From positions 1 through 35,602 of the IMG/VR virus record IMGVR_UViG_3300037313_001385: a stretch of 35,602 bases of DNA; one strand, given 5' to 3'. The stretch comes from a virus (lineage: Duplodnaviria > Caudoviricetes). A program made the position numbers and the translations under genes. Numbering within the stretch: position 1 is the stretch's first letter; every line of letters begins with the position of its first letter. The notes beneath the pieces are model-generated. The model was given only the letters and a program-made list of their open reading frames with translations, had not been told where the DNA came from and made no database searches. Shown here piece after piece: positions 9,288-17,956 of this stretch.

Positions 9288-9925
9288 ATGCCGCGCTCGA
9301 GCCTCGTTTCGATGTTCGCCGCGGTGCGTGCGCCCCAGCGGTTGGCGAAGGCTTCAAGGTCGATCAGCTTGCGGCTGCGGATGCTGCGCAAAAGCACGAA
9401 CATCAGGACCGGCTTCGCCTTGCGGCCCTGGGCCTTGCGCCGCGCCGTCGCCTCGCGGTGACCGCGGCCGTTGCGACCGGCGACGACGTCAATCGCCAGG
9501 CCGACTCGACCGCTCGGCAGATGCACCGGGAACAGTTCGGCGTTGAACCGGGCTTCGACTTCGATCGGAGTCATGCGCCGGCCACGCCCGGCGCGCGGCA
9601 CGTTGTCGGTCGGAACCGCGAACGCCTCGCCGATCGGGGTGATGATCTTCGACGTCGAAAAGAAGTCGATGACCTTCGGGGCCTTCGACCAGACGAATCC
9701 CGCGGGTCCGCCGCGATCGCCCTTGTTGGGATAGAATTTCGTGCGCCAGGCTTTGGCGATCTTGTCGCCCAGCAGCGCTTCGGTTTCGCGCCGCAGGTCG
9801 GACTGCAGGCCCTGCGCCCCGGCCTTCACTTCTTCCGCCACGGCGGTTTCGACCCGCGACAGTTCGCTGGCGCAGGCCGCTTGAATGTCGCGGGAAAAGC
9901 CCGCGACGTCGATCGTCAGCTTCAC
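9284..9925 (-). CDS. DUF6441-like neck / tail-completion protein
   Basis: Basic protein with AWR...YP...AG.VWSKAP and P.LMFVL motifs; neck position. Confidence 0.75.
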   Translation of the reverse strand: MKLTIDVAGFSRDIQAACASELSRVETAVAEEVKAGAQGLQSDLRRETEALLGDKIAKAWRTKFYPNKGDRGGPAGFVWSKAPKVIDFFSTSKIITPIGEAFAVPTDNVPRAGRGRRMTPIEVEARFNAELFPVHLPSGRVGLAIDVVAGRNGRGHREATARRKAQGRKAKPVLMFVLLRSIRSRKLIDLEAFANRWGARTAANIETRLERGI

Positions 9926-10254
9926 GCCGCCCTGACCGGCATCGACCAGACGCCGCGGCGGTCCAGCTTCGGTTCGCCGGCGACGACGAACGCGCCGTCG
10001 TCGGTGACCGGGTCGCCGTTGTCGTCCAGCAGCTGCACCGCCTGGCCTTCAGTCGGCGCAGCCACTTCGGACTTGCGCACCTTGATTGTGCGCCCGCGGG
10101 CGATCAGTTCGCCATAGTCCAGGCGCAGGTCTTCGTCGGATTCGCGCAGGCGGACCCGCACGGTCCCGGCAACGCCGTCCCACGCCGCATCATCACCCAG
10201 GCGGTCGAAAATCGCCGCTTGCTGGCGCACGACCGCCTGGGTTCTGAACGACAT
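9922..10254 (-). CDS. Head-tail joining protein (gpFII-like)
   Basis: 110 aa beta-rich; VRKSEV..P..G and P..DRRGVW motifs; position after cement gene. Confidence 0.75.
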   Translation of the reverse strand: MSFRTQAVVRQQAAIFDRLGDDAAWDGVAGTVRVRLRESDEDLRLDYGELIARGRTIKVRKSEVAAPTEGQAVQLLDDNGDPVTDDGAFVVAGEPKLDRRGVWSMPVRAA

Positions 10255-10257
10255 CGG

Positions 10258-10596
10258 TTAGGCTGCCGGAATCAGCTTCAGGCGGCCGACGACATCGGCG
10301 GTCAGCTTCGCGCTCACCGCGTATCCGGCCAGCGTGTTGCTGGTCGACGTCTTCGTGAAGCGCTTGTTGGTGTCGTCCCAATAGACCTTGTCGCCGGCGG
10401 CCCACGCCTGGCCCGAACCGGCGCCTTCGGCGGTGACGTCATAGACGCCTTCGACATAGCCGACGACGCTGGCCGCGTTGGCGGCATCGGACGCGGCGAT
10501 CGCGATGATGTCGCCAACCTTGAAGCCGCCGCCGCTGCTGACGGCATAGGGGGCGGTGAGGTCCAGCGCCTTCCCGTCGTGAACATAGTTTTTCAT
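10258..10596 (-). CDS. DUF2190-family capsid cement/decoration protein
   Basis: MKNYVHDG..LDLTAPYAVSSG...AW..GDKVYWD...T.TSN.LAG signature; GGAAGGGA RBS. Confidence 0.9.
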   Translation of the reverse strand: MKNYVHDGKALDLTAPYAVSSGGGFKVGDIIAIAASDAANAASVVGYVEGVYDVTAEGAGSGQAWAAGDKVYWDDTNKRFTKTSTSNTLAGYAVSAKLTADVVGRLKLIPAA

Positions 10597-10651
10597 GGCA
10601 ATCCCTTCCTGTCGGGGTCCTTTTGCCCCGCTGATCGAAGAATGAGGGTGA

Positions 10652-10681
10652 AGCCGCCCGACGCCGCTGCGTCAGGCGGCT
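10652..10681 (-). terminator. Hairpin immediately after the capsid gene
   Basis: AGCCGCC-C-GACGC / GCGTC-A-GGCGGCT; the C/A mismatch is a G-U pair on the minus strand; weak U-tract. Confidence 0.5.
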
Positions 10682-10688
10682 AGGACGC

Positions 10689-12773
10689 TTAGGCGCCCGG
10701 GTTGCGGTAACCCGCCCGGTAGTCGACCGCGCCCGCATAGAAGTCGAGCGTGACGCGGAACGCCATGCCGTCGACGTTGAACGGCTCCTCGGTCATCACC
10801 CGCGGACCCGGCGCGTCGGCCAGATAGCCGTAGTTGAAGGCCGCCAGTTCGCTCGGGTTCGCGTAGAGTTCCCAGGCGTTGCCGGTGATCGACGCTTCGG
10901 TCACCTGCTGCAGCTTGCTGGCGAAGGGGTTCACCTTCGTCGCGTCGGCTGCGACGATCGGAGCGAGATACTGCTCGATCGCCGTTTCGGTGTCGGGGCC
11001 ATTGAGGATGATCGACGGCGCGATGTTCAGCTTGTTTCCGTCCAGGTCGGTCTGCTTGCGCATCGCCGCGCGGCCAGCGCCGAGCGTGGTCGTGTCGACC
11101 GCGCCGCCGCTGCCGGCAAGGTTGCCGTGGCCGGCATTGAAGAAGTTGACGTTGTCCGCCAGCTTCGGGCCGTTGCCGCTGTTCGCCGCCTTCATCGCCC
11201 AGAAGGTCGCGTTTTCGAACCGCGACACGACCAGGCCGATCGACCCCATCACGTCGTCGAAAGCGCCCAGGTCGTCGTTTACGATCGCCTGGCGCGACAG
11301 CCGAAGGATTCGGCCATAGCTACCCAGGATGACCGTCTCCCGGCCTTCGTTGATGGTGCCGGCGGCGATGTTGCCGTCTTCCTGATAAGCCAGCAAGGTC
11401 GGGAAGTCGCCGACGCGCAGCAGCTTCGTGGTCTTGAAGTCGTTCAGGTCGCGGCGCGCTGCGATCGCGCGATAGGTCGGCGTCGCGGTCGTGTAGCGGG
11501 CCAGCAGGATTTTGTTGGCCGCCGCCTCGAGCAGCTTCGGGAAGTCCGAAGTCGTGTTCGCTGCGCGCAGGATGGTCAGCGCGTCGCGCTCCCGACGCGG
11601 GTCGATGCCGGCGCGCATCGCCGCGATCTCGAGCAGCCGCATGCCCATATATTCGCGCGATGCTTCCGGCACTTCGCTGCGGGTGGCACGGGCGACGATT
11701 GCGTCGACGATCGCATTGCGGGTCGTCTCGTCGCCGTCGCGGGTGATGGTGATCGCGGCCGCACGAACCGGTGCGGTCTGCGCGCGCTGGGCTTCGCCAG
11801 CGGCGAGCAACAGCGCGGCACGGGCAGCATCGACGCCGACCTGCCCAGCCTCATTCTGCTGAATGAGTTCGTTGGCGCGGGTTTCGACGCCCAGGTCGCG
11901 GCCCAGGTTGACGAACGCGACCGCTTCCGCGCCGCTGAACCGGCTGACCGTCGGCATCGGCGCCGGGGTCGGCTCTGCCGCACGGACCGGCTCGACAGCT
12001 GGGACGGGGGTTGCAACCGGAGCCGCGGTCGACTCGGCGGCGCGAACCGGCTCTGCAGCCGGTGCCGTGGTGGTGGCGGCGGCGACAGCGCCGGGCGCCA
12101 CGCCGGAATTGAGATTCCTGCGCATATCTTCTTCCTCTTGCGTAGTGGTGGTGGTGGGGGTGGCGCCGTGGGCTTGACCGCTGACGGCGCGAACCACGGC
12201 GTTCGCGTCTGCGGGAACGGAGACTAGACTGACTTCCAGCAACTCCCAGCGCGTCGCGCGCCAGGTTTCGTGACCGTCATCGACGGTCTGGATTTCCCAG
12301 GTGTTGACCCGGTAGCCGATCGAAATGCCGGTCAGTTCGCCGCGCGCGACCATGCCTTCGATCTGCTTGGCGCGATCGGTTTCGCCGAACTTCAGCGTTC
12401 CGACCAGCTGGCCGTTTTCGATGCGGACGTTCGACACCGTGCCGACGACGGCGTCGGCCTCATATTGGTTGTGCGAGTCGAGCAGCTTGACCTGGCCGGC
12501 GATCGCGCGGCCAAGGTCGATCGCGTCGCCGCTGATTTCGAGTTCTTCGGTGAAATAATACCGGCGGACGGCGGACCCCGCGGACAGGATTGCGTCGACC
12601 GTGTGAGTGTCGGCGCTGTAGGTGCCGGGGGTGAACGTGCCCATCAGCCGCTGGCCCTGGAATCCCGCCATTGGCTGCCGGCGTTCGTCAGCGTCGCCGC
12701 CCTGCGGCGCGTCACGGGTCAGCACCGCGCCGGCGCACAGCAGCGCGGCGCGCGAAAAGCGCGATTTCACCAT
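10689..12773 (-). CDS. Prohead protease / major capsid protein fusion
   Basis: N-terminal HK97-type protease (LLDSH...GISIGY...WELLEVSLVSVPAD), Ala/Pro/Thr linker, then capsid domain (TTSDFP..L, DFK, YGR...LSRQAIVNDDLGAF, LDF.AGAVDYR); AGGAG RBS. Confidence 0.93.
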   Translation of the reverse strand: MVKSRFSRAALLCAGAVLTRDAPQGGDADERRQPMAGFQGQRLMGTFTPGTYSADTHTVDAILSAGSAVRRYYFTEELEISGDAIDLGRAIAGQVKLLDSHNQYEADAVVGTVSNVRIENGQLVGTLKFGETDRAKQIEGMVARGELTGISIGYRVNTWEIQTVDDGHETWRATRWELLEVSLVSVPADANAVVRAVSGQAHGATPTTTTTQEEEDMRRNLNSGVAPGAVAAATTTAPAAEPVRAAESTAAPVATPVPAVEPVRAAEPTPAPMPTVSRFSGAEAVAFVNLGRDLGVETRANELIQQNEAGQVGVDAARAALLLAAGEAQRAQTAPVRAAAITITRDGDETTRNAIVDAIVARATRSEVPEASREYMGMRLLEIAAMRAGIDPRRERDALTILRAANTTSDFPKLLEAAANKILLARYTTATPTYRAIAARRDLNDFKTTKLLRVGDFPTLLAYQEDGNIAAGTINEGRETVILGSYGRILRLSRQAIVNDDLGAFDDVMGSIGLVVSRFENATFWAMKAANSGNGPKLADNVNFFNAGHGNLAGSGGAVDTTTLGAGRAAMRKQTDLDGNKLNIAPSIILNGPDTETAIEQYLAPIVAADATKVNPFASKLQQVTEASITGNAWELYANPSELAAFNYGYLADAPGPRVMTEEPFNVDGMAFRVTLDFYAGAVDYRAGYRNPGA

Positions 12774-12786
12774 TTCGAAATGTCTC

Positions 12787-14295
12787 CTATGCGGCCGTCT
12801 GGTTCAGGCGGTCGGCGCCGCCCATCAGTCCGACGGCGGCGTTCAGCGCGCCGGCGTCGTTGACCCGGCGCGGGTCGATGTCCAGCACCAGGTCGAGCGC
12901 GTTCAGTTGCTCGTTGATCTTCGCCAGTTCGGCCAGTTGCGCCTTGCCGTTGATGCCGCGCTCGGCGAGCGACTTGAACAAGGTCTTGATGCCGGCGCGA
13001 ATCTCCATGATTTCGCCCATCAGGTCTTTGATCGGGTCGACAAACCGCCGGGTCGGCAGCGCGAATTGCATGCCGACGTCGAGATAGCGCTGGTCCCCGG
13101 TTTCCAGCGCCAGGCGGCGCATGCGCCGCACCGCTGCAGGGCGCACAAGGTGCGGAATGAACACGTTCTGCTGCCAGTCGTCGAGCAGCGCCCAGCTGCC
13201 CAGCATCGCCGCGCGCAGCGACGAATAATTGGCCTGGCTGACGTCCCCGGTCATTCGGTGATACGGCGCCAGGCGGGCGCTGATCGCCGCCAGCTGCTGG
13301 CGGATGAAGTCGACCGCGCCGCCGCTTGCGCTGGGCGTGATCGTCGTCGCGTTTTCCCCCTTGCGGCCGCGATAGATCATGCCCGGCGTGATGGTTTCCT
13401 CGAGCCGGCCCGTTTCGGTGTTGGTCGTGGCTTGGCCGTCGGCCGACAGCGTCGACACTTCCTGGTCGTCGCCGGGCGTGATGAACAGGCCCAGGCACGC
13501 CTGGACTTTCTGCTGCATCCTGACGGCATCTTCGATGTCGCCGATGTCCTTCAGGTCGAGCGCGACCGCCGCAAGCCAGCTGACGCCCCGCGTCTGGCCG
13601 AACCGGGTGCGTTCGAAGACGTGGTCGACGTGCTTCGCCGGCACCGCCGCCGACTGATAGCTAGACATCAGCGCCAGGCCGCCCGGGTGGCGGTCGAACA
13701 TCCAATAGGCGACGCGGTCGTTGTAGCGGTCGAATTCGACGCCCTGGATGATGCGCCCGCCGTCGGGCAGGTCTTCCAGCTTGCTTTCGTCGAGCAGGTC
13801 GCCTTCCAGACCTTCGATGCGACCGTCGGGGCCGTTCGCGTCCGGCTTCCACACCGTCAGCGTCTCGCCGCCGACGACGGTGCCCCACGCGGCCGTCTTC
13901 TGGAACCCATAGAAGTCGTCGTGGCCGTCGACCTTGTTTTCGGCCCAGCGGTCCCATTCGGCCTGCGCCTTGTCGGCGACGGCTTCGTCGGCGTGGCTGA
14001 ACTGCGGCGCGATGCCGTCGCCGATCATGTCGGCAACCAGGTGCCGCACGCCGGCTTCGGCATATTTGTTGTTGCGCACCAGGTCGTGGCCGCTGGCCCG
14101 CAGCCGGGCGCGGGCGCGCCAGCTTTCGGCATCCGCGTCGGTCAGCGGGCGCGACCAGTTGCGCGTCCGGCGCGATGTCGCCGCCGCGTCGAACTGACGC
14201 ACCAGCGCCAGGCCTTTGCGCGCGTTCATGCGCCGCGCTGCGGTTGCCGGGTCGAACGGTTCGATCAGCCGGTCGAGAAGTGTTCCAAAGCCCAT
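12787..14295 (-). CDS. Portal protein, lambda family
   Basis: LRA..HDLVRNN.YA...IGDGI, GVEFD, R.GQTRGVSWLA, TGDVSQANYSSLRA, VDP.KD motifs. Confidence 0.95.
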   Translation of the reverse strand: MGFGTLLDRLIEPFDPATAARRMNARKGLALVRQFDAAATSRRTRNWSRPLTDADAESWRARARLRASGHDLVRNNKYAEAGVRHLVADMIGDGIAPQFSHADEAVADKAQAEWDRWAENKVDGHDDFYGFQKTAAWGTVVGGETLTVWKPDANGPDGRIEGLEGDLLDESKLEDLPDGGRIIQGVEFDRYNDRVAYWMFDRHPGGLALMSSYQSAAVPAKHVDHVFERTRFGQTRGVSWLAAVALDLKDIGDIEDAVRMQQKVQACLGLFITPGDDQEVSTLSADGQATTNTETGRLEETITPGMIYRGRKGENATTITPSASGGAVDFIRQQLAAISARLAPYHRMTGDVSQANYSSLRAAMLGSWALLDDWQQNVFIPHLVRPAAVRRMRRLALETGDQRYLDVGMQFALPTRRFVDPIKDLMGEIMEIRAGIKTLFKSLAERGINGKAQLAELAKINEQLNALDLVLDIDPRRVNDAGALNAAVGLMGGADRLNQTAA

Positions 14296-14303
14296 CGTGG
14301 GGG

Positions 14304-14513
14304 TTAGTCCCTGCTGAACACGGTGACCGACGACCGGCGCGTCAGCGTTCCGGCGGCGCTGGCGGCCTTGTCGCGAAAGTATTTGAGCGCGGCCATGATG
14401 TCGCTGACGCCGCGATAGACGACGACGTCGCCATCCGATTCGACGCGTGCTTCGCCGCTCGCCATGCCCGCCTCGAGCGCTGCGATTTCGGTCGAATAGT
14501 CGGGTGCCGGCAT
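14304..14513 (-). CDS. Head-tail joining protein (gpW-like)
   Basis: Start ATG 14513; IAALE..MASG..RV..DG..V.YR; between terminase and portal. Confidence 0.85.
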   Translation of the reverse strand: MPAPDYSTEIAALEAGMASGEARVESDGDVVVYRGVSDIMAALKYFRDKAASAAGTLTRRSSVTVFSRD

Positions 14514-14514
14514 C

Positions 14515-16614
14515 CTAGAACCAGTCCTTTGTCGGCGGCACCCAGCTGCCACCGCCGTCGCGGGGCGCAGCCTTGGCCTGGGTTTCGGTGATCGGCTTGA
14601 CGCCGCCGACTAGAAGGTCGCCCTGGTCGGGGTCCTTCGGCGCGTGGCGTTCGACCCGCAGCCGATGCCAGTCGGCGTCGGCCAGCGTGTCGAGCAGCAG
14701 CTTTTCGGCCGCCGCCATGTTGTAGATTCGGCAGTCCAGATAGTGATTCTGGCGGCCCGGCATCAGCTGCCAGACCCGCTTCGGATAGCCGTTGACGATC
14801 TTCGCGACGATCGCTTCCGCGGTCGCCATTTCGAACCATTCGTCGGTCGTGTCGCGGCTGAAGTGGCACAGACCGACCGGCTTCGCAGTCGCTGCGCCTT
14901 CGCTGACGACCTTCGCCGAATAGGCGATCGTCGCCCGCAGGAATTCATACCAGGTCGCCTTCGCCGGATAGGTGCCGACGATATAGGCCCGCTCATCGAC
15001 CCGGCTTGACGCCCGGCCCGCGCGCTTGCCTTGCTTGCCGAACGCGATCGCTTCGCCGCGGCCGAGAATCGGGCGGGTCCAGTTGTCGCGGCCGAAGACC
15101 GCCAGGCGCCCCGGACGCCGCGCGCAGAATGCCTGGGCGGCGTCGGTGTGATAACCGGCGTCGACCGCGATCATGTCGATCGGCAGCACCTTGCCACCCG
15201 GGAAGGTGGCCCCGCGCTGCGCATAGGCGTCGAGGTCGGCCCAGGCGTCCTGCATCGGCACGTCGGTCGCGCCGGCGATGAACCTGGCGTCGATCTGCCA
15301 GCTTTCCTTCAGCGGCCCCCAACCGACGACTTCCAGATAGATGCCGTCGCCCTGGACGTCGACGCCCATCGTCACGACGATCGGGCCGGCGGGCATTTGC
15401 CCCTTGCCCCAGTCCTGTTCGCGCAGCCCCAGCAGCTTGTCGTGGTCGGGAATGTCGCGATTGAGTTCGAAGACCCAGCCCAGCACCAGGTTGGTCCAGG
15501 TCTTCAGCTTGTTCACGTCGCCCTGCGCCGCGATGAAGCTGGTCGCCATGTCCGACCAGGTCTGGAACGACGAAATGATGCCCGACAGATGGAAGCCGCG
15601 CCGCCGGCTCGCCGGCATCTTCGCCCGCCAGCCCTGGAATTCGTCTTCGGTCAGGTTGCGCGCTGGCTTGACGGCGTCGATCGCTTCCGACAGCCAGCCA
15701 TCGGCCAGCTTCATCGCTGCCTTCTGCCAATGCTCGATCGTCGCCCCGCAGCACGGCGGCACCAGGTGCGCGTCTTCCGGCTTGCCGTCGGGCCACTGCA
15801 CGTCGCCCCATTCCGGCACGAAGCGATCGCCGCAATGCGGGCACTTCAGGTAGAACCGGCGGCGGTCGCTCGCCAGGTGCGCCGCTTCGATCTTCGACGC
15901 CCCCTTGATCGTCGGGGTCGAGATTTTCAGCCGCTTCGACAATCCCTGCCGGCGCCATACCTTCAGGCGCTGGCTGACCATTTCCTCTGGGCTGCCCTGA
16001 CCGTCCAGGTCGTCGGGCCACTGGTCGAGGTCGTCTTCGATCGCGTAGCGCACGGTGCGCTGGCGAAGGCCCGCTGCGCTGTTTGCGCCGGCGAGCAGAA
16101 CATAGCCGTTCGACCTTGCGAACCGGACCTTGTGCTTGGTCGAACCGTCGCCGTCGGGCAGGCCCAGGCCCTTGATCGTGCCGCCGCGGTCGGGGTTCAG
16201 CCGCGGGGTCGCTTCGACCATCGGCCAGAACTTTTCCGCCGCCCACGACCACGCCGCCTGCAGCGTCGCCTGCACGAACAGCACCGGACCTGGCCGCAGG
16301 TCCGAAATGTAGCCGATCCAGTTTTCGGCGCTGGCCGACCCGCCCGACTGGGCGCATTTGATCAGCGCCACTTCCTCGCATGGGTCATGGCTCGCCAGGG
16401 CGTCCATGATTTCGACCAGTTCGGGCGCGGTTTCGTTGCGCCACGGCCCCGGGAAGGCGTCGTCGTCGGGGAACCGGCGATAGCGCGGCGCCCATTCGGA
16501 CACGTTCATCTGCGGCGGCGGCCGAAGCCCCCGCGCCAGCGCCTTGTCGAGCCTGGCCGCGTTGCGCTCGAGCGCGCCGCCGTGGTCGCCGAAGCGGCCG
16601 AACTGATAAGTCAT
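14515..16614 (-). CDS. Terminase large subunit (lambda GpA family)
   Basis: PG.WRNETAP.L.EIMDAL, KCAQSGGS Walker A variant, AIEDDLD, ISTPT, CPHCG, GVDVQ, NHYLDCRIY. Confidence 0.96.
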   Translation of the reverse strand: MTYQFGRFGDHGGALERNAARLDKALARGLRPPPQMNVSEWAPRYRRFPDDDAFPGPWRNETAPELVEIMDALASHDPCEEVALIKCAQSGGSASAENWIGYISDLRPGPVLFVQATLQAAWSWAAEKFWPMVEATPRLNPDRGGTIKGLGLPDGDGSTKHKVRFARSNGYVLLAGANSAAGLRQRTVRYAIEDDLDQWPDDLDGQGSPEEMVSQRLKVWRRQGLSKRLKISTPTIKGASKIEAAHLASDRRRFYLKCPHCGDRFVPEWGDVQWPDGKPEDAHLVPPCCGATIEHWQKAAMKLADGWLSEAIDAVKPARNLTEDEFQGWRAKMPASRRRGFHLSGIISSFQTWSDMATSFIAAQGDVNKLKTWTNLVLGWVFELNRDIPDHDKLLGLREQDWGKGQMPAGPIVVTMGVDVQGDGIYLEVVGWGPLKESWQIDARFIAGATDVPMQDAWADLDAYAQRGATFPGGKVLPIDMIAVDAGYHTDAAQAFCARRPGRLAVFGRDNWTRPILGRGEAIAFGKQGKRAGRASSRVDERAYIVGTYPAKATWYEFLRATIAYSAKVVSEGAATAKPVGLCHFSRDTTDEWFEMATAEAIVAKIVNGYPKRVWQLMPGRQNHYLDCRIYNMAAAEKLLLDTLADADWHRLRVERHAPKDPDQGDLLVGGVKPITETQAKAAPRDGGGSWVPPTKDWF

Positions 16615-17243
16615 TCAGCCGCGGCGCTTTCCATTTCCGCCACTTCTTCGGGCGGAAGATCGTCGTCGTGGCCGGCGAAGTCGCCGCGCTCGGCGGCGTC
16701 AGCGAGTTCGGCGAAGACTTCGTCGATTCCGCTTTCGCCGATCGCCATGATCTGGCGGACGTCCTTTTCGGCCGCGACCCGCTCGGCGATGCCGCGGAAC
16801 CAGGCGTGCATGCGCTCCCGAGCAGCCCGCCCGACTTCGCTGACCCGGCGTTCGGCCTCGACCAGCGGCACCAGCTGGCCGGCCAGCTGCGCGTTCTTCA
16901 TCGCCTGGCCGATGCGCTGTTCGCGCAGATGCTGGGTGCGCTCGTCGTTGAAGTCCGGGGCCTTGGGCGATTCCGGCGCCGCTGCCGGGCCTTCGCCCAG
17001 CGGCAGCGCCGGCGCTTCGCCCCCCGGCGTCGCAGTCGCGTTCGCGCCTGTCGTCGGGCGGCCGCGGCCCGGGTCCAGGTTGGCGTTCAGCTTCAGTTCG
17101 GTGCGAACGACGTCGACCATCGGCTTGCCACCCGGCCCTTCGGCCAGCACCAGCAGCTTCGCCGTCTTCCAGTTGGTCACGCACCCCTTCGACACGCCGC
17201 GGTGACGCGCGAACTGGGCCTGCGTCATCAGCTGCGTCGTCAC
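16611..17243 (-). CDS. Terminase small subunit (Nu1-like)
   Basis: Start GTG 17243 with GAAGGA RBS; N-terminal HTH MTQAQFARHRGVSK..VT.WK; G.LVP..E C-terminal coiled region; ATGA overlap with the large subunit. Confidence 0.85.
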   Translation of the reverse strand: MTTQLMTQAQFARHRGVSKGCVTNWKTAKLLVLAEGPGGKPMVDVVRTELKLNANLDPGRGRPTTGANATATPGGEAPALPLGEGPAAAPESPKAPDFNDERTQHLREQRIGQAMKNAQLAGQLVPLVEAERRVSEVGRAARERMHAWFRGIAERVAAEKDVRQIMAIGESGIDEVFAELADAAERGDFAGHDDDLPPEEVAEMESAAAE

Positions 17244-17259
17244 GGGTGCATCCTTCGGG

Positions 17260-17700
17260 TTGGCTGGCACGCCTTTCGTGTCTGGTTGAAGCGCGGCGAT
17301 CGGAGTGAAAGGGAATTCCACGGTGCCGACCGCCGCACCCCCAAGCGCAAGGGATTGACTGGGCGCGCCGCCCAGAGGGGCAGACGGCAAGGTTGCGGTT
17401 CAATTCTCTGCGCGTCTAGCGCGGCGAACAGGGGTGACGCCGCGAAGATTCGTGGGGCCGGGTCATCGGCGGACAGGTCACCGCCTAGCCGGCCCCGGGG
17501 TCGATCGGTTCATGCCTGCCGGCACTCCCGCCGGATGACCGACCGGCCCTGAAAATGGTGCCCGCCTGAACTTCCAACGCTTCCGGCGCAAAGCGCACCT
17601 TCCGCGCGGTTCCTTCAGGCGGGCCGCCGATGCCCCGGGCAGTGTTCCGGCCAGGCTATTCGCTGCATCGGTGAGCCGTTGAACCGCCGAATGAACGGCT
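17260..17700 (-). ncRNA. Candidate structured non-coding RNA / late-operon leader (about 9 back-to-back stem-loops)
   Basis: Stems at 17293-17303/17326-17336, 17359-17375, 17382-17386/17413-17417, 17420-17426/17438-17444, 17454-17461/17489-17496, 17498-17513/17535-17549, 17560-17570/17614-17624, 17627-17633/17665-17671, 17674-17680/17694-17700. Several plus-strand A/C mismatches are G-U pairs on the minus strand. Confidence 0.5.
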
Positions 17701-17794
17701 AAAGTTCAATAAGTTCATAATCTGTATTTGCCCTTGAACGCTGCGACTCTGCGCCTCGCCTCGCCGCATAGGGGCGGGGGCCGGGGAAGGACCC
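17679..17794 (-). other. Putative lambda-type cos packaging site (cosQ, cosN, cosB-like repeats)
   Basis: Minus-strand GGGTCCT (17794-17788) is identical to lambda cosQ. A GC-rich core flanked by a TGCG/CGCA dyad (17750-17768) follows, then five WTGAAC motifs in an AT-rich patch. Lies upstream of the small terminase. Confidence 0.75.
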
Positions 17795-17956
17795 GCGACC
17801 CCCGCCAACCTATTGATTAGCGCGCCATTTCTCGCTCCTGGGCTGCATGATCGAAGGTCGGTCGCTTGCTGCGGTCACGACTCTTGCGAGCATAACAACG
17901 GAATAGCGCATCGGGGCCGGGGGGCGTGCATCCTATATTCGCCGGGGGGACGATGT

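Noticed and set aside
14993-16381. 462-aa same-strand alternative frame inside the terminase (also 5383..6525 in the TMP)
   Set aside because: Arg/Gly/Pro-rich off-frame translation with no motif, unlike the methyltransferase alternative frame.
17-17205. Long plus-strand ORFs (e.g. 17..1357, 5226..6758, 12622..14307, 15031..17205)
   Set aside because: Antisense shadows of well-supported minus-strand structural genes in GC-rich DNA; no recognisable motifs.
1-17243. Gene transfer agent interpretation of the head-tail cluster
   Set aside because: Lambda-type portal, GpA terminase and cos, plus linked replication and immunity modules, indicate a genuine temperate phage.
17380-17420. GGTTCAATTC resembling a tRNA T-loop
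   Set aside because: No cloverleaf (no acceptor, D or anticodon arms); better explained as part of a minus-strand hairpin.
17260-17700. Known self-cleaving ribozyme or CRISPR-like array in the structured leader
   Set aside because: No hammerhead CUGANGA/GAAA core found by eye, and the hairpins are not sequence repeats of one another.
17681-17716. GAAC/GTTC pairs near cos as LexA boxes
   Set aside because: Spacings are N8 and N5, not N7; more consistent with cosB-like repeats.
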